This document shows positions 11,341 to 24,781 of a stretch of 64,000 nucleotides of DNA, piece by piece (the first letter of the stretch is position 1; each line of letters begins with the position of its first letter). This DNA comes from Vezdaea acicularis (taxonomy: Eukaryota). The notes beneath the pieces were generated by a model. That model saw nothing but the letters and a program-made list of their open reading frames with translations. It searched no databases and was not told where the DNA came from. Both the position numbers and the translations under genes were made by a program. The DNA is taken from positions 1-64,000 of the forward strand of contig JAPEUI010000083.1 in the NCBI GenBank assembly GCA_026025075.1. Direction: 5' to 3'.

Positions 11341-12118
11341 CAGTGCAAAATTAACAACCAAGTCTGATTTCTAGAGCGATGTAAGGTAAAGGAGTGACGA
11401 AATAGTGTATCGACAGTTCCCGCTCATATGACGCCGGTCTAGGGAGCAAGCGAGAAGGGAATACAATCAAAGATCCGGCAGAAACAGCCGAGGGAGCGTG
11501 CAATCAGGATGAAGAAGCTTCTTAAAAGGTCCAAACGAATGAAATGCTGCAATCAGATATTGCTAATGATATTCAACGTTTTGTTGTCTCAAGCATTCTA
11601 GGCCTGCAGGGAAGCAGATGCTGAACTTCTTCAGCCAGATAGAAAACCAGGGGGGGCTTCGAAGATGGGAAACCCTCGCCTAAAACAAACGGCCATGCAA
11701 TACAACCCTGGATTAGCGACCTCCCGATGCAGGGGTGCATTTGGCGGTAGCGTCTAGCATGTGATGGCTGGGTCGTTCATGGGCCAATGATGAACAACCT
11801 ATTGCGCATGCTCCAACTCTAAATCTTTGACAGATTTATATTCAGACCTCATAATCGCTCCACAGGTTATGCGTCTAGAATGGATATGAACACTACAGAG
11901 AGCTGCGAGTTCGAAGCTTTTACGTGATTGTTCGGGAAACAACGGACGTGGCCGTGTGGTAATATAGTATGGTGCCTTGTTAACTACCATCCAGGCCGTC
12001 AGAGATGCCTTATAATCTATGATAACACAATTCCCAAGTGTGCTTCTTCAAATGAACTTGACAACCCTTTACGCCGCTCCCATGCAAAATGGTATCACGC
12101 TTCAAAGTCAGAGCTTAT

Positions 12119-15100
12119 TCATGATATGGCCTCGAGTTCCTTCAAATGCTGCACGACGGCATGCAGCCTGTCTGTATGCTCGTCTCGAGCGTTATCGCCG
12201 TCATCAGTATCATGCAGTTCCTTATCCACCATTCGAAGTGAGCGCAGGAATTGTTCCGCAGCATCGATCAATAATCCCAAAGATTGGTTTGGCAGCTGTG
12301 ATCGTATCCGGTCCCTGATGACATCGGTAATACATAGATTTGTGAGTAAGACCGACAAATATCCGAACGGAATGATCGTTCGAGCGTCCTCTTCGGTGAC
12401 AGTCTAAGCTCATTAGTGATATGTAGAACGAATTCAAGCATATTCACTCACCTCAAATGCATTCTCTGCCCTTTGCATAAAGAGCTTCAGCAGTTCATCT
12501 ACTGGATAATGGCCACTCGGCTCCTCATGCAGCGTACAAAGTCTTGCAGCATCGCTCCACTCCGCAAAATTAATCAGCGTTCCAAGCGTGATGATCAGAT
12601 GTTCTAGTGCAACCTCCTGCTCATGGCCCTCGACAATACCCGAGAGCAGGTCGAATTTAGATACAACTGTACGGTATAACATTTTCATAATTTCCGGTTG
12701 AGCAAAGGCACCACATGCATCTGAGTCATTATTTGTGACGTTTATGGTGAGCCGAAGCGCAAGTCTCTGTGCATCGTAAAGCGTGTCCTCGGACCAAGCC
12801 AGAATAGCCGGCAGAGCTATAGCTACGCTGCTTATAAGTAGACGTTGAGTTTTATCTGGATATCTCGAAGCAGAGAGTGTGTGAGATTCGAAAATGGACA
12901 CCAGTAGTGCCGTCTCGGGAAGAGCTCTTAGTGTGACATCGCTTTCGGACGGAGCTGCCGTGAGTGAAGAAGCCATTTTTTCAATGGCTTTAGCTGGAAT
13001 GATGACACTCATATCACCACCATCCCGTGCCTTACGGACGATGAGATCCAAAGCTTTAAGAGCTAGAAGCTTTGGTGAAATGGCAATAGGGGGACGATCT
13101 TGCCATAAGAAAGACTGCTTTACAAGCTCTCTTAGCGCTGAGACCGCTCCTTGAGCAAATTTTGACATATTGGTTCTGCGTTCTTTCGCAACCTGTTCTA
13201 TGTCTTTGTCGAAGTCCAGGAGAGGAGTTAACACATCAATCACGTGCTCCTGATATGCCCTGAGTACCCTGTAACTCGAAGGACTGTTGTTCAAGATGAA
13301 GAGTATGGCGCAAGTGAAAATAGCACTGGCCAGCACATCTCCTTCAATGCCCCTTAGAGCAAAGAGCCTCGCGTCGAGGCCCTGGACCGTGAATTTCTCG
13401 CAGAAACGCTTTTCGATTAGCTTAGTAGTAAGGTCCATGAGTCCACTGCGTTTGCGAGAGATGGTGGTTTGTGTGCCATCAACGTCCTCGAATATTGCTT
13501 CAGCTTCATCAAGGAAGCGCTTATTTCCCCCCGCTAGACGCAATTCATGGATACTTTTCATCTTATTGGAACTGCCTTCAATGTCTTCATTTTGGTTCAT
13601 CTCTGAAGTTTTGGAAGAAAGTGACTTGGGAGCAGCAGCTGTCCGTGGTACTCTTCGGCGAGCTGGAGCTATTCGATCATCGATATCAAGAGGCATGTCA
13701 AATGTTGCTGGATCATCCAAGGCTTGGTCCGTCAAATACGATCTTTGGCGAAGGTAGGTAACTTTTGGGCCGCCATACTGAGAAGATTGGGGTTGTATGA
13801 TTCTCTGAGAATCGCCGGGTTCATTTGCGTCCAGGCGGGAAGTCGTCTTCAGCAGATTCGCAGATTCTATATCGGTAGAAGATTGTAAATCTTTGTCGGA
13901 TTCTGAGGATTCGTCGTCGAGCGAATTTCTCCCCATGGCATCGATGAGTTTCGTACGAGCTGGTTGGGAGGTCGGCACAGACGATGTCCTCTTACTCGTT
14001 TGTATTGATTCGTGGTTTCGAGAATTGGTACCCCCTTGTTCCCATGGAGCAGGCCTAGCTTGTGCGGACAGGGTTAAATTTCTCATCTTCAGCTGGCTGG
14101 GACTTGGGCCGATGGGTACTTCTGCCAGAAGAGCATCCCATGCCCGTGCCTGCTTCGGAGTCGTCCTAGCCACGTAAGAATCCTGATTTATCGGCGATGT
14201 TGATGATGTAGAACGGCTCTCTCGGGGGGAACTGGATTGAGCAAGATGCCTGTTCCGCTTTGGAGACACCAGAAACTCAGACTTCGAGCTCCTCACTTCG
14301 TCTTGTGCCATTGATGAGCGTGCCTGGGTCACATTAAGATGGGCTTGTTTCTCTAACGGTATTTTTTGCTTAGCGGGTGACTTAAAGCTACTACCCACTA
14401 ACTTATTACCAGCCCTATTACCAGGCCTAGCATCGGAATTCTTATGCGTATCTTTTGCTTTCGAGGTGGGTTGTAAATCGTCCGGACCAGCGAGGTCTCC
14501 CCAGGTCACCTTAGCTAGTTTCCGAATAATCAGTCTAGATGTGGGAAACGAAGAGGGTGGCGACCGCTCCAATGAGCTGATCGGTGAAGCAGAGATAGAA
14601 GAGGGCTTCGAAATTCTATCCTCTTCCTCAGTCTCCATCGCGATATGACGCTGCAGCGCATCATCGTCAAACAAACCTCGCTCTGTCTTTGAGGTCTGCC
14701 CTTGGCCAAGCCTCCGCCTCTTTCTTCCGAGTATTTCTTCGCTCCTTCTTGAAAGTCCAGCGTCTTCATCAGATGAAGGTATACTATACGGATCTCGAGC
14801 AGCCGAATCGAATTCCAAGAACCCCTTCTTAGGCGATGATCTACTACCCTCGAGGGCATGTCTCGTTGCTTTTTTTGGCACAGGTAATTCTTCGTCAGAG
14901 GGCAGGACTGCAAAGATATCGAAAGCGCCGTTCTTCGCAGGTGATGCCCTTGTAGGGCTTTTGCGCTTGGCAAGCTTCTCCTGAGATTTCCTCGGCGGGT
15001 CCACACTAGCTTTCTTAGACAGAAGCTCCAGGTTCACTTTGAAAGGTTTGCGTCTAAAGTTCGAAGACTCATCTTTCCTCGTACTGTAGGATAAGTTGCC

Positions 15101-15307
15101 TTCTCCAATCGCTATTGATTCGCCGGCTTGTGAAGTGGGCCGTCCTGACCAAACATTGCTGCTGCGCCGCTCCCAGACTGGGGTACCGCTCAACGAGAAA
15201 GCATTAGAAAATCGTGATTGATGTCCGTGGTCTGGAAGCCTCTTGCGTGCGCTCTTCCCGTAAGTCGCGAATTTCCGCCGAGGTTGACTATTATCTATGG
15301 CGGCCAT
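12119..15307 (-). CDS. WPL1: Wings-apart-like cohesin release factor (WAPL/Rad61/Wpl1)
   Basis: N-terminal TYGK, KVTY.RQRSYL, KSIHELRLAG, helical C-terminal domain (LRLTINVTNN, LGTLINFAE); one intron near 12405-12451. Confidence 0.85.
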
Positions 15308-15865
15308 TGCGAAGTAGTTGGAGAGTCGAATTCTTTCTCTCCACACGGGTCAGTCCTCTAGGAGATCATTTCAAGGTCGTTCTTTGCTTCAGAAGAGTGA
15401 GATTATCTTTCGTTCCATGTGCAATGATTTTTCTAGGAGTTGGTGAGATTAAAGACAGATGATGCCAACGCTCCACGCCTCCTACGGCCAAGTGCAGAGA
15501 GGGTTTTAGGAACCAAGGGGAAAAGTGTATTTCCCAGAAACGACATCTAGAACCGACAAGAGCCGATATTCTTACACAGGAACAGAAGGAAGTAGCATTG
15601 TGAACAGGGACAAAGCGGCGATATTGCCACTATTGATTGTCGCATACCGCTCAAAACAATGATTGAGGAGTCTGTGAAGCAGGGATGTTAGGCGAGAAGC
15701 CGGCAATCGGGAGCTACGGTTACATAAACATGGGAGAATCTGAGCCACCTCTTAACCAACCCTAAATATAACGACTCCTCCCTCCCTCAAAGAGCTGGTC
15801 CCGACCAACCTTATAAAAGCCAGCAGCAACAGCTGCATCTACCTAATGCTAGCACATCATTAATC

Positions 15866-17224
15866 ATGGCCACTCAACCGTCACAGGCTCTCAGCAAGCG
15901 CTCAGCTGCCACAGATCTCATGCCACCACCAAGCGTGAAACGCATCAAACGACCACCTAAAATTCTTGACGAAGATGAATACGCTGATGCGGTGTCCCAG
16001 ATCATAGAGCGCGATTTCTTTCCAGGCCTTGAGCAAACACGGACTCAAATGGAATTTCTTGACGCAGTCGAATCGCAGGATGATGAGTGGATATCAAAGG
16101 CGGGCCACACCCTTACACGCGTGATGACGCCGGGCCCCCAACGACGTATCACAAGAAGCATGGCGCCGTTCAGTACTATGTCTACGACACCTAAAAATTG
16201 CTCAGACGACACACCTACATCAACGATATCAGAGAGCTTTTCTACGATCACAACGCAAGCGAAGTCCAAGGTCAACACTGACATCCGGTTAGATACGTTC
16301 CTGTCGAAGTATACCGGCGAGGATAACGAGAGTTTCTACAAAGTTATCGACAAGCAGAATCAAAAAAGAGCGGAGAAATATGCGTGGATCTACCAGGGAA
16401 ATAAAATTCTCGCGCCCAGACAGTTAAAGCATAGGGAAAGGGAGGAAAAGCTCATCAAGTCAAAGGCAGCACAGGAGGCTGAAGATAGTGGAGTGCAACT
16501 TCTTGCGATTGAAGGGAAGGACGATCGGAAGGCAATGGCAGACAGTTGGAATTCTAAGCCTAACAATCAACTTATGTTTAGCCCTGAAAGCATTGAGGAC
16601 CAAGTCGTCACTGTGCAGCAACGTGCTGAAGCAGAATCTAAGATGCCGCCAAAGGTCGTGGTGTACGATAATACGCGGCTACCTTCGGCTGCTCCTGAGC
16701 CAGAGAAGAGACTTCCGCCTTCTCCTTCTCTATCAGCTGTTCAAGATGCGATTGCGGGGCGACCACGACCCACAGATTCTGAGCCAGGTTATACCGGGGC
16801 TGAAACGCCAAGGGTGAACGGATATGCATTTGTCGACGACGAAGAACCGCCACCAACAACACATGCTTTCATGCCTCGTGCAGATACAATGCCGAATCCA
16901 TTCAAAATAAGAGAGCAGAGTAAGAGAGAATCGCTTCACCACCGGATGGTCGACAAAGTGTCAAGAGACAAGCGAACGTCCTCGGTCAATGGAATGAACG
17001 GGAGAGCAGCAGACTCCTCAATACCCAAATTTCCTAGCAGTCCAAGTATCAGGACACCTTTGACACCTGCCGCAGAAAGACTTTGGAGCAAGTTGGGCAG
17101 TTCAAGTCCAAAGAGACCAGGAGTATTCGGAGGCAGGACGGGCACAACAGGGTTACGAAAGGAATCTGGTCTCAAATTTAGATGGACACCAACACCTAAA
17201 GCAGAGGGAAGAGGAAAAACGTAG
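15866..17224 (+). CDS. ESS2/DGCR14 (Es2) splicing-associated nuclear protein
   Basis: ILDEDEY..IIERDFFPGL, LDTFLSKYTGEDNESF, NQLMF.P, TPRVNGYAFV, FKIREQSKRE, LTPAAERL. Confidence 0.9.
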   Translation: MATQPSQALSKRSAATDLMPPPSVKRIKRPPKILDEDEYADAVSQIIERDFFPGLEQTRTQMEFLDAVESQDDEWISKAGHTLTRVMTPGPQRRITRSMAPFSTMSTTPKNCSDDTPTSTISESFSTITTQAKSKVNTDIRLDTFLSKYTGEDNESFYKVIDKQNQKRAEKYAWIYQGNKILAPRQLKHREREEKLIKSKAAQEAEDSGVQLLAIEGKDDRKAMADSWNSKPNNQLMFSPESIEDQVVTVQQRAEAESKMPPKVVVYDNTRLPSAAPEPEKRLPPSPSLSAVQDAIAGRPRPTDSEPGYTGAETPRVNGYAFVDDEEPPPTTHAFMPRADTMPNPFKIREQSKRESLHHRMVDKVSRDKRTSSVNGMNGRAADSSIPKFPSSPSIRTPLTPAAERLWSKLGSSSPKRPGVFGGRTGTTGLRKESGLKFRWTPTPKAEGRGKT

Positions 17225-17454
17225 GCGAGTTGCATATCAAGTTTTCGGGCGTTTTTGCGGGCAAGCTTTGATACCCTACAAATCAGCTCGAGATAGAAAC
17301 CAAAGACATAGTCTCGTCTAATACTGGTCATTTTACACTAGGCAGTAGATTTAATATCTCTGTATCCTACACAACGGCGCTGCCACACCCCCCCAAATTT
17401 TACAAATAGTTCGAGACGGTTAGCAAGCGCCGAGCGCAGGCCAAAGTACTCAAG

Positions 17455-18540
17455 CTATATCTCATCTTCCTCTTCATCAAAGTCATCCTCAACCCCCATA
17501 TCATACAGAATCCTCCCTCCTTCCCCATCCCCCTTCTGCGCATCAAAATAAGGCAATATCACCCCCTCCCTTTCTCGCCTCTGCTTCTCCGTCAAGCCCA
17601 GACTAAACGTACTCTCCACTCCTTCTTCTCCAATCCTCCTAGCTCCGCCATCAGCCACTACCTCAGAAGCTCGGTACTCCGGTAAATCATCCAGTAGCAT
17701 CGCCCGCTCTTTCTCCTTCGGCGTCCATGGTACATCCTCGGTGAGTGTAGGCAAGAAAAACGACTCAGAAACTCCCCGTCCACTCCTCCGCCGATATTCG
17801 AGGTACACCACCACGCCCCTCGGATCATTCGCGCCCTTGCTAATTAAGAGCCCCTCCTCCCGTCTAGCGAAGCCAAATGTTGGCTCGGGGAGCGAGCGGT
17901 CTTGTGCAGCTTTCCGCGCCAGCACATGATGCAATGAGTCGACTTCGAAGATGGTGGTGGCGAGATATTTCAAAGTTATAAGTGGGTTGGGGGTATACGG
18001 GTCTTTGGAGCGAATGAGGGCATCCATGTGAAAGGTTGCGAGCAGTGAGAGTGACGGGGAGTGGAAGGTGGAGAGAAATGTAGAGATCTGAGCTGGGTTT
18101 TCAGCAAGCGCGGAAAGGGAATCGAAGACTATCAAGCATTCTAGGAGATTGTTAGTAGCAATTAGTCTAGTTGAGAAGTGTTAGAGTACTGCCCGTGCCA
18201 ATTATGGCGTCTCTTATCTCTGATAGCAGTGTTTCTAGAGTCTTACGTCGTCCCCAGATATATATCGTCACATCTCTAGGTTTCTTGAGAGTCTCAAAGG
18301 CCACGAAGATGATGTGTATTTTCAAACCCTTAGTGAAAGGTTGTAAATTTAGTATTCCTTCCTTGTGTCATATTCTGGAGTACATACGCTGGCCCGACGC
18401 AATATGTCAACTTGAAGAGGTTTCCCCGATTGTTCTAAGGAATCGAGGATTAATGCGAATGGTGTGATATGATCTCGCACGCACAACAGTCGAGAGATCA
18501 GGAGTAGATTGTGTTTTCTCCTATAGTTCATATTTTCCAT
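17455..18540 (-). CDS. ELP5: Elongator subunit Elp5/Iki1
   Basis: LILDSLEQSGKPL, RRRSGRG, STFSLGLTEKQR..REGVILPYFDAQ, GGRILYD..EDDFDEEED. Confidence 0.9.
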
Positions 18541-19599
18541 CTTAACGTAAAGAATACTCTTTCAAGCCCAAACTTGAAATTGAAGCTGTCCAAACATGAG
18601 CTCGCTGCCAAACGGGGACCTAGACGAATTGAGACGATGGGTTACTGTAGATGTGAGTGTCCGGTTTCTGATAGACTCAAATTGACCATGATATCCATTT
18701 TTGTTCTTGACATAATTTGATCAGAGCTACAAACATCAAGTTCAAAATGTGGGTTTCGCCGAATGTGCTTTGCGAAAATCTTGATAGAAGGAAAAATAAG
18801 GATGATAAGCATTTGTTTGTGCAAGAGGTTACATATTAGCCTGATACTTCGATATGGCATAGCTTTTACAGGGCTGATCGGTATATTAAGCTTACAAGGC
18901 TATCAAGCTTGATGGTAGAGGCCGGGCTGAAGTATCAGTGCAATGCCCAAGATTTACACTCAATAATAACCTTCCAATTAGCACTCGATCATCAATCCCA
19001 TCTGTGCTCGCGACATATATTCTATTGTTTGTGGAGCAAATAGGTTCATTTCCGTTAAAAAGGTTTAAGAGCTAGAGGGTGCTTATGAGGTAAGGAAGGC
19101 TTTCCCTTTGTAAGGGCATTTGATGCAAGAGTCCAGCTGAGGAACCACCGAGAAAAAACATAGGGAGAACAGTCATAACGTTCATCAAAACTATGCAATA
19201 GTCACAGTATATCCAAAGTCATCTTCTTCTGGGCCTTAATCTCCTAACCAGAAGTGCTCAATAGAGTAGACCAGTCAGAAAACAGAATGAGAACGAGTAC
19301 GAGAACGGCAGTTCTGCACTAGAATTACTTGTTCATGGTAGAATCACCATCGCAGGAAGTCAAGAGGGTGAGCCTCACTAAAATGCGGCGATGAGTAAAG
19401 TTGCTAGAACGAAGAGAGAGAGGTCAGGTGCAGTATTATGAGCTACTTTGAAACATGGGCAAGGACAGCGGCGGTGTAAAGTCGGCACAATACTCCTGAT
19501 AATTGCTCTCGATGTTGGAGTCAGGGACAGAAGCTTGCCAGCTTTTAAGGGCCTGTTGCCACAAGCACTCATCTATAGGAGTGGTGTGAATATCGCACA

Positions 19600-22415
19600 C
19601 TATTTCAATATAGTAGGAAAGCACTGACCTTGGTTTTCGCAAGCCTTCCAGACAAGTCCTCCAAATTGAACAATCCATCCACTGTTAAAAAGATTTTGAC
19701 GGCGCAGAGTCCCAGGCCAGTAGTAGTTCGACATGGATGTTGCGCCTTGCACAAGGCAGGTGACATCAGCAAAAGGGTCGAAACTTCCAAGAACTGGATC
19801 TATTGCATAAGGATTGATGCTTGATTCCATCTCCCAGCGAACAAGTATGAACATAGCCTGATCTACATATAGGTAGAGCTGATGATCATGGCGGATAATC
19901 GTAATGAGAGGATCTGGGAGCTCGACAATAGCATTGGCTTCGAGATCATATCCTTGTCTACTCAAAGAGAATTGTGTCAGGTCCATTTCAGAGGAGTCGC
20001 CAAAATCGAATCGTGACTCTTTTGGGATCTTTTCATCAGTATTCAAGAAGTTGGCCGGCACCGATTGTCGAAGGGTAGGGCTGGTTCGCGAAAGATTCGT
20101 GGAATTCATCCGGACCGTCGCACAGTGCAAGACTGTTGTGTTCTCCTTTTCAATGGTCCTTCTTTTTGGAACATAAGGAACGTATGGCGATACCCCGGAT
20201 AGCATGTTTGACCATGGACGATTTAATGTTGCCAAAAAAGAGTTGGCCAGCTCGAGACGGTCTAGAAAATGCTTGACGTCTCCTGTCCAGTTGGTGTCCT
20301 TCACAGAAAGGGCCGGTATCGTTGCCGCAAGGTCCAAGAGCCTGAAATGTGGCTCAAGATCCTTCTGCTGCTGTAGGTCTAATTTAGCGAATTGTGCTCC
20401 TTTTAACCTCGAGGACTGACCCGGAACGCGTGCATGCAATACACCATCAATGAAGAAAACATTATCCGTACCAGGAACTCGAGGGTTACCACGACGCTTT
20501 CGAACTTTATTTGAGTCGGCAGCAGTCGCCGTATCCTCTTGGAATTTTCGAAGCCAATACTTCTGGCGCATATCCCACAGTGTCCCTAAGTCTTGATTGT
20601 CTCTAACGCACCGAAAATCTTTCCAGGCGTTTCCATTAGGCATCTGCCCTACGCGACCGTTTTCTTCAATTATAGCCTTCAACAACGTACTAGGCCCTAC
20701 AGCGTTGGAAACGACACGTAGTTGCACGTTCTGTGCAGACAAAAACTTTGTTGTGCCTCTTGGGATAACAAATGCCATTGGATGGGAAGCCTTAGTCACC
20801 TATGAACAGAAGTCAGCAAAAGGTCAGTCAATGAAGCGTACATAATCATATTGTTTTATGTCCAGGTCGCAACACCAACCCTAGCTTCTTTCTCGACAAG
20901 TATCTTTTGGCCACCAGGCACAACAAATGCGTGTGAGAATGTCCATATGTCGCCCTCTAGAAATTGGCCAAAGAGAGCCATTTCCTCCAACTTGACCTTT
21001 CGGCTTTCACCTGCAATGACAACACCGAGCTTTTGCTTTTGACCCCAAAACTCCTCGAATTGATCGTTTTTGTAATCGTCAAAAAATCCATGCTCTCGCT
21101 CCTCCATTGCAGCAGCGGCTTGTTGAACCCAGTCTGGATCAAGGCGGCCGTTGCTAAGGTCTTCCTTGAATAATCGGATATGGCTGCGGTAATGTTCATC
21201 GTATTGTAAAAATCTGGAGGAGAGCCGGACCTTCCCATCAACGCCTATTTCAAGGCTATGGTCTGGCATCAGCGCTCTGAGTTCCTCTTGCTCCTCGGCG
21301 CTCAGTACATCCCAAGCTTGAGGGTTAGCAAGTAACTTCTGGATCAACTTAGTTCCTTACACAGATTTCCGCTTTTCAAGACTCATACCTCAATATCAGT
21401 TGTGACTAAGATTGATTTGGGATTTTCGAGCAGAAAGTTTTCAGACCAGATGTCAGACTTTGCACGTTTGGTAACTGTTGAAGTCTGGAGGTTGGGTGCA
21501 ATTCGCTTGAGAGAGGGAGTCTTCACCGGACTAGCAGCAGCAGGCTTCGCTGTGTCACTAACATCCATAACATTCAGAGTAGACTCCATCGCATGCGCAG
21601 TGATTGTTGGTCCAATGATCATTGGTCCGGGAAGGAACATATCAGCCCGACCCATACTCTTGGGAGATGAGATGTTGGAAGGAACATCAGAAAGTGGGCT
21701 TGAACTTCCCGAGCGGCTGCAGGTATAGGTCAAGGCATCATCAATGCTTGTCGATAAGCTGGTCAATTTCATATGATCGTCAAGAGAACCGGAATCTGTC
21801 ACGACCTTATGGATATCCATGGCCGATTGTGTGGTCGAAGGAGATGGTGGTGGTCCAGAGGCGGTAATAGAGTGAGTACTAGATACTAGAATAGGGAGAA
21901 GCTGTCAGCCTTTACTGCAAGCAAACAAACACAATGCCAAGTGCTTAGTCCGATGTGGTAATTAGTCTGTAAGAAATCGAGCGATTGCGTTCCCACGTCT
22001 CTCTTAAACAATCGCTACACAATCAGCCTTGGAAAGTGGTAGACCTTTCTTTTGCCACTCTCAGTCTAGAGGTAGTAGACAGCCAGCATATGGGTCAAGG
22101 TTTCATCATTACAAACTAATGGTGGACTGAGTTGCAAGGGAAGGCGAGTGAGCAGATGTTCCAATTCAACATCACTGATCAGAGATTCCACAGAGAGAAA
22201 TATGCGATCCGAAATGGCCAATAGACACACTCAAGGGAGATCGAGCCACGGAGATACAGAGGTAACTTACGCTGGTCTGAAGGTGCGGAACTCCGAAGCA
22301 GTTCAGTGTCAAGTTGAACGTCTCCAGGACTTGAACTCTTCGTGTCAAAGGGTGCCTGTTGCTCTGCTCGTATTTTCGCAGCGGCTAGACGGCGTTTTGA
22401 ACGAGTGCCAGCCAT
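19600..22415 (-). CDS. Asx homology (ASXH/DEUBAD) domain protein with a long C-terminal extension
   Basis: NPKSILV..AWDVLSAEEQEELRALMP..FKEDLSNGRLDPDW..EEFWGQK; first exon MAGTRSKR joins in frame across intron 21886-22270. Confidence 0.8.
21961..22120 (-). ncRNA. Candidate intronic structured RNA with box C/D motifs
   Basis: ATGATGA (22103-22109), CTGA (22061-22064 and 22023-22026), 12-bp closing stem, inside a 385-nt intron. Confidence 0.35.
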
Positions 22416-22932
22416 GACTATCAATGAACGTGCAAGGTATTCGCAGCTTCGAGCAAAGAGCAAAGAGGAAGGAGCTTTGTTAAGCACAGAACAAAACAGA
22501 GAAAGTTAAGAAAATATGAGGGAAGGTAGATCAAGGCCTACTCTGTGAATGTTGAGGAAAAGAAAGGAAATAGAAGTGAAAGCAAGATTGCGTGGAGAGT
22601 GCATCAATTGCAGAAGCTCAAGCTAGCGTATTCTCCCGCTTTAAATACGCAGCTATAGACAGGGGTTGTGATTGGCGCTAGACTCTCACCGCCTACGAGA
22701 CCTGGTGTCAATGGGTCGAAAATTACTTGTGATCTAGCACTCGAAACTGCATATCTGGCAAACACAGTTAAGGCACACTCCTGCGCTCAAGCTTGTACTA
22801 GCTCTCATACCTGCTGTCAGACTGTTTGAGCATTATATTCGACGACCTTTTCCTTCGAATTGTAACAGCAAGTCGCACAAATTGCCCTGACGTTGCGCCG
22901 CATCCTGTCAGGGCGAGCATTTCTATCAAGCA

Positions 22933-23803
22933 ATGGTAAAGTCCACGCAGATAGCTCGGCTAGATAGTAAGTTATAACGTCTATACCTTACATACGTTGG
23001 ATACTAAAATCTTCTTCAGGCCTTATGCTGGCGGCATCAGTCGACGATGATCAGGTATTTTGTCACTTGCAGTGACACTCTACTTCAAAGCTTAAGGGTT
23101 CACAGGCCGAGGCAGAGTTGGCGGAGACTAAATCACAGGCGAAGATGGTCTTTAGGCAGCTGAATAGAAACTCAGAACCCCAGGCTTCAATAGAAAGCGG
23201 CCAATATACTTTGCAGTAAGACCTTTGGAAGTTGTGAGCATGATTCCTAGAGCTCAAAGGCGTCTTATAGCTACCTTATCGAGGATTCCGTATGTTTCCT
23301 GTGCATATGCGACAAGTCGTATCCACGGAAACTTGCATTTACATACTTGTCCGACCTAGCCCGCGAGTTCACCACCACGTATCACTCCTCCCAGTATCTT
23401 TCGCCTACCCTGAGACCTTATGCTTTCGTTGAATTTGATACATTCATTCAGCGCACAAAGAAGACCTACCAAGATAGTCGGGCCAGCCAGAATCTAGACA
23501 AGCTCAATGATGAGCTACGAGACGTAACCAAAGTGATGACCAAGAACATTGAAGATTTGCTATACCGTGGAGATAGTCTGGAGAGAATGGGTGATATGAG
23601 TCAAAGGCTTCGAGAAGATTCAAAAAAGTATCGAAAAGCAGCTGTTCGGATAAATTGGGAGCTGCTTTTGAAGCAAGTGAGTTATCAACGCTGCTCTCCG
23701 TTTCTCATACATCAAGACCTTATTACTGATCCATACACAGTACGGGCCATTTGGGGCGCTGGGGTTGATCATCATTCTGTTCATCTGGTGGCGGTTTTTC
23801 TAA
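22933..23803 (+). CDS. SEC22: ER-Golgi longin R-SNARE Sec22
   Basis: LMLAASVDD, YPRKLAFTYL, RPYAFVEFD, VMTKNIEDLLYRGDSLE, C-terminal TM; 4 introns. Confidence 0.95.
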
Positions 23804-24276
23804 TACCCCTCTTGCATCTGTTATTTGCTTTCCGGACTCGGTTGCTTGTACTTTTAGTTTCGACCCAATATAGCCTGGAATGACGAATTCTCGAGAACGG
23901 GCTCCGGAAATTGAGTCCTTTACGCAACTGTTCTAATTACCGGTTCCCTATTTATGGTATGAGCTCTTCCCATACGAACTGTGCTCATATCAATATCAAT
24001 TTGCGCAGAAAGTACACCTTTCAGACCAGTCTGAGATATTAGCAGGGAGGTATTGAAGTAGATATCCACAATAATATTTGCTGAACGCCTGGGTCAATAT
24101 TTCACCTTTTGCGGCCGTCGAGGATTTGTATCGAGTACGAGCTATTCGAAGGCGGTCATATCAGATACATAACATTCCTTGTTTTCAATCCAAAAGCAAT
24201 GCAATAAAACGCCTTTCCCCCACTCTGAATCATTTCAAAGGCCAGATCCATCCCAACTGGTATAGTAGATCGTGCT

Positions 24277-24781
24277 TTAGAAGTCTTGCTCCTCCTGGAA
24301 GAACATGGTGAAGCTTATAATTGTGCCATATATCAGTAAACCCCCTACGATCGACATGACCATCGCTGGGTACTCTATCAAGTGAGAGTGTGCCAACAGC
24401 GCAGGCAAGGCTAGAACGTCAAGGCATCAAAGTCGGTTCTTCAGAGTACAAGCTAAGTGAAGGAAAAAGTACTCACCAACGCCCATGACTACTAGGAACC
24501 CCGTGCAAAACCGTCCGAAATCGATTACCGCGTTTCCAGCACTTTCCATGAAGTCATCAGGATTTGAGCATCGCGCACATAACCAGTTCGGTATTGGTGC
24601 AAGAACGTAGGTTGTGACGACTAAGAGCGGGAGGTAATTCTTCCACAGCGCAGAGGATAGGATGCATAACAAAAAGCCGATTGCCAGGACCTTTCATGCA
24701 TCATCAGCTTCAGCACCTCTGCATTCTTAACATGATACTCACAAATGAAAGTGCGATTATGGTCTTTAAGCCAGCAGCCAT
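24277..24781 (-). CDS. VPS55: Vacuolar protein sorting 55
   Basis: MAAGLKTIIALSF-VLAIGFLL, DFGRFCTGFLVVMGVALP, ends FFQEEQDF. Confidence 0.93.
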
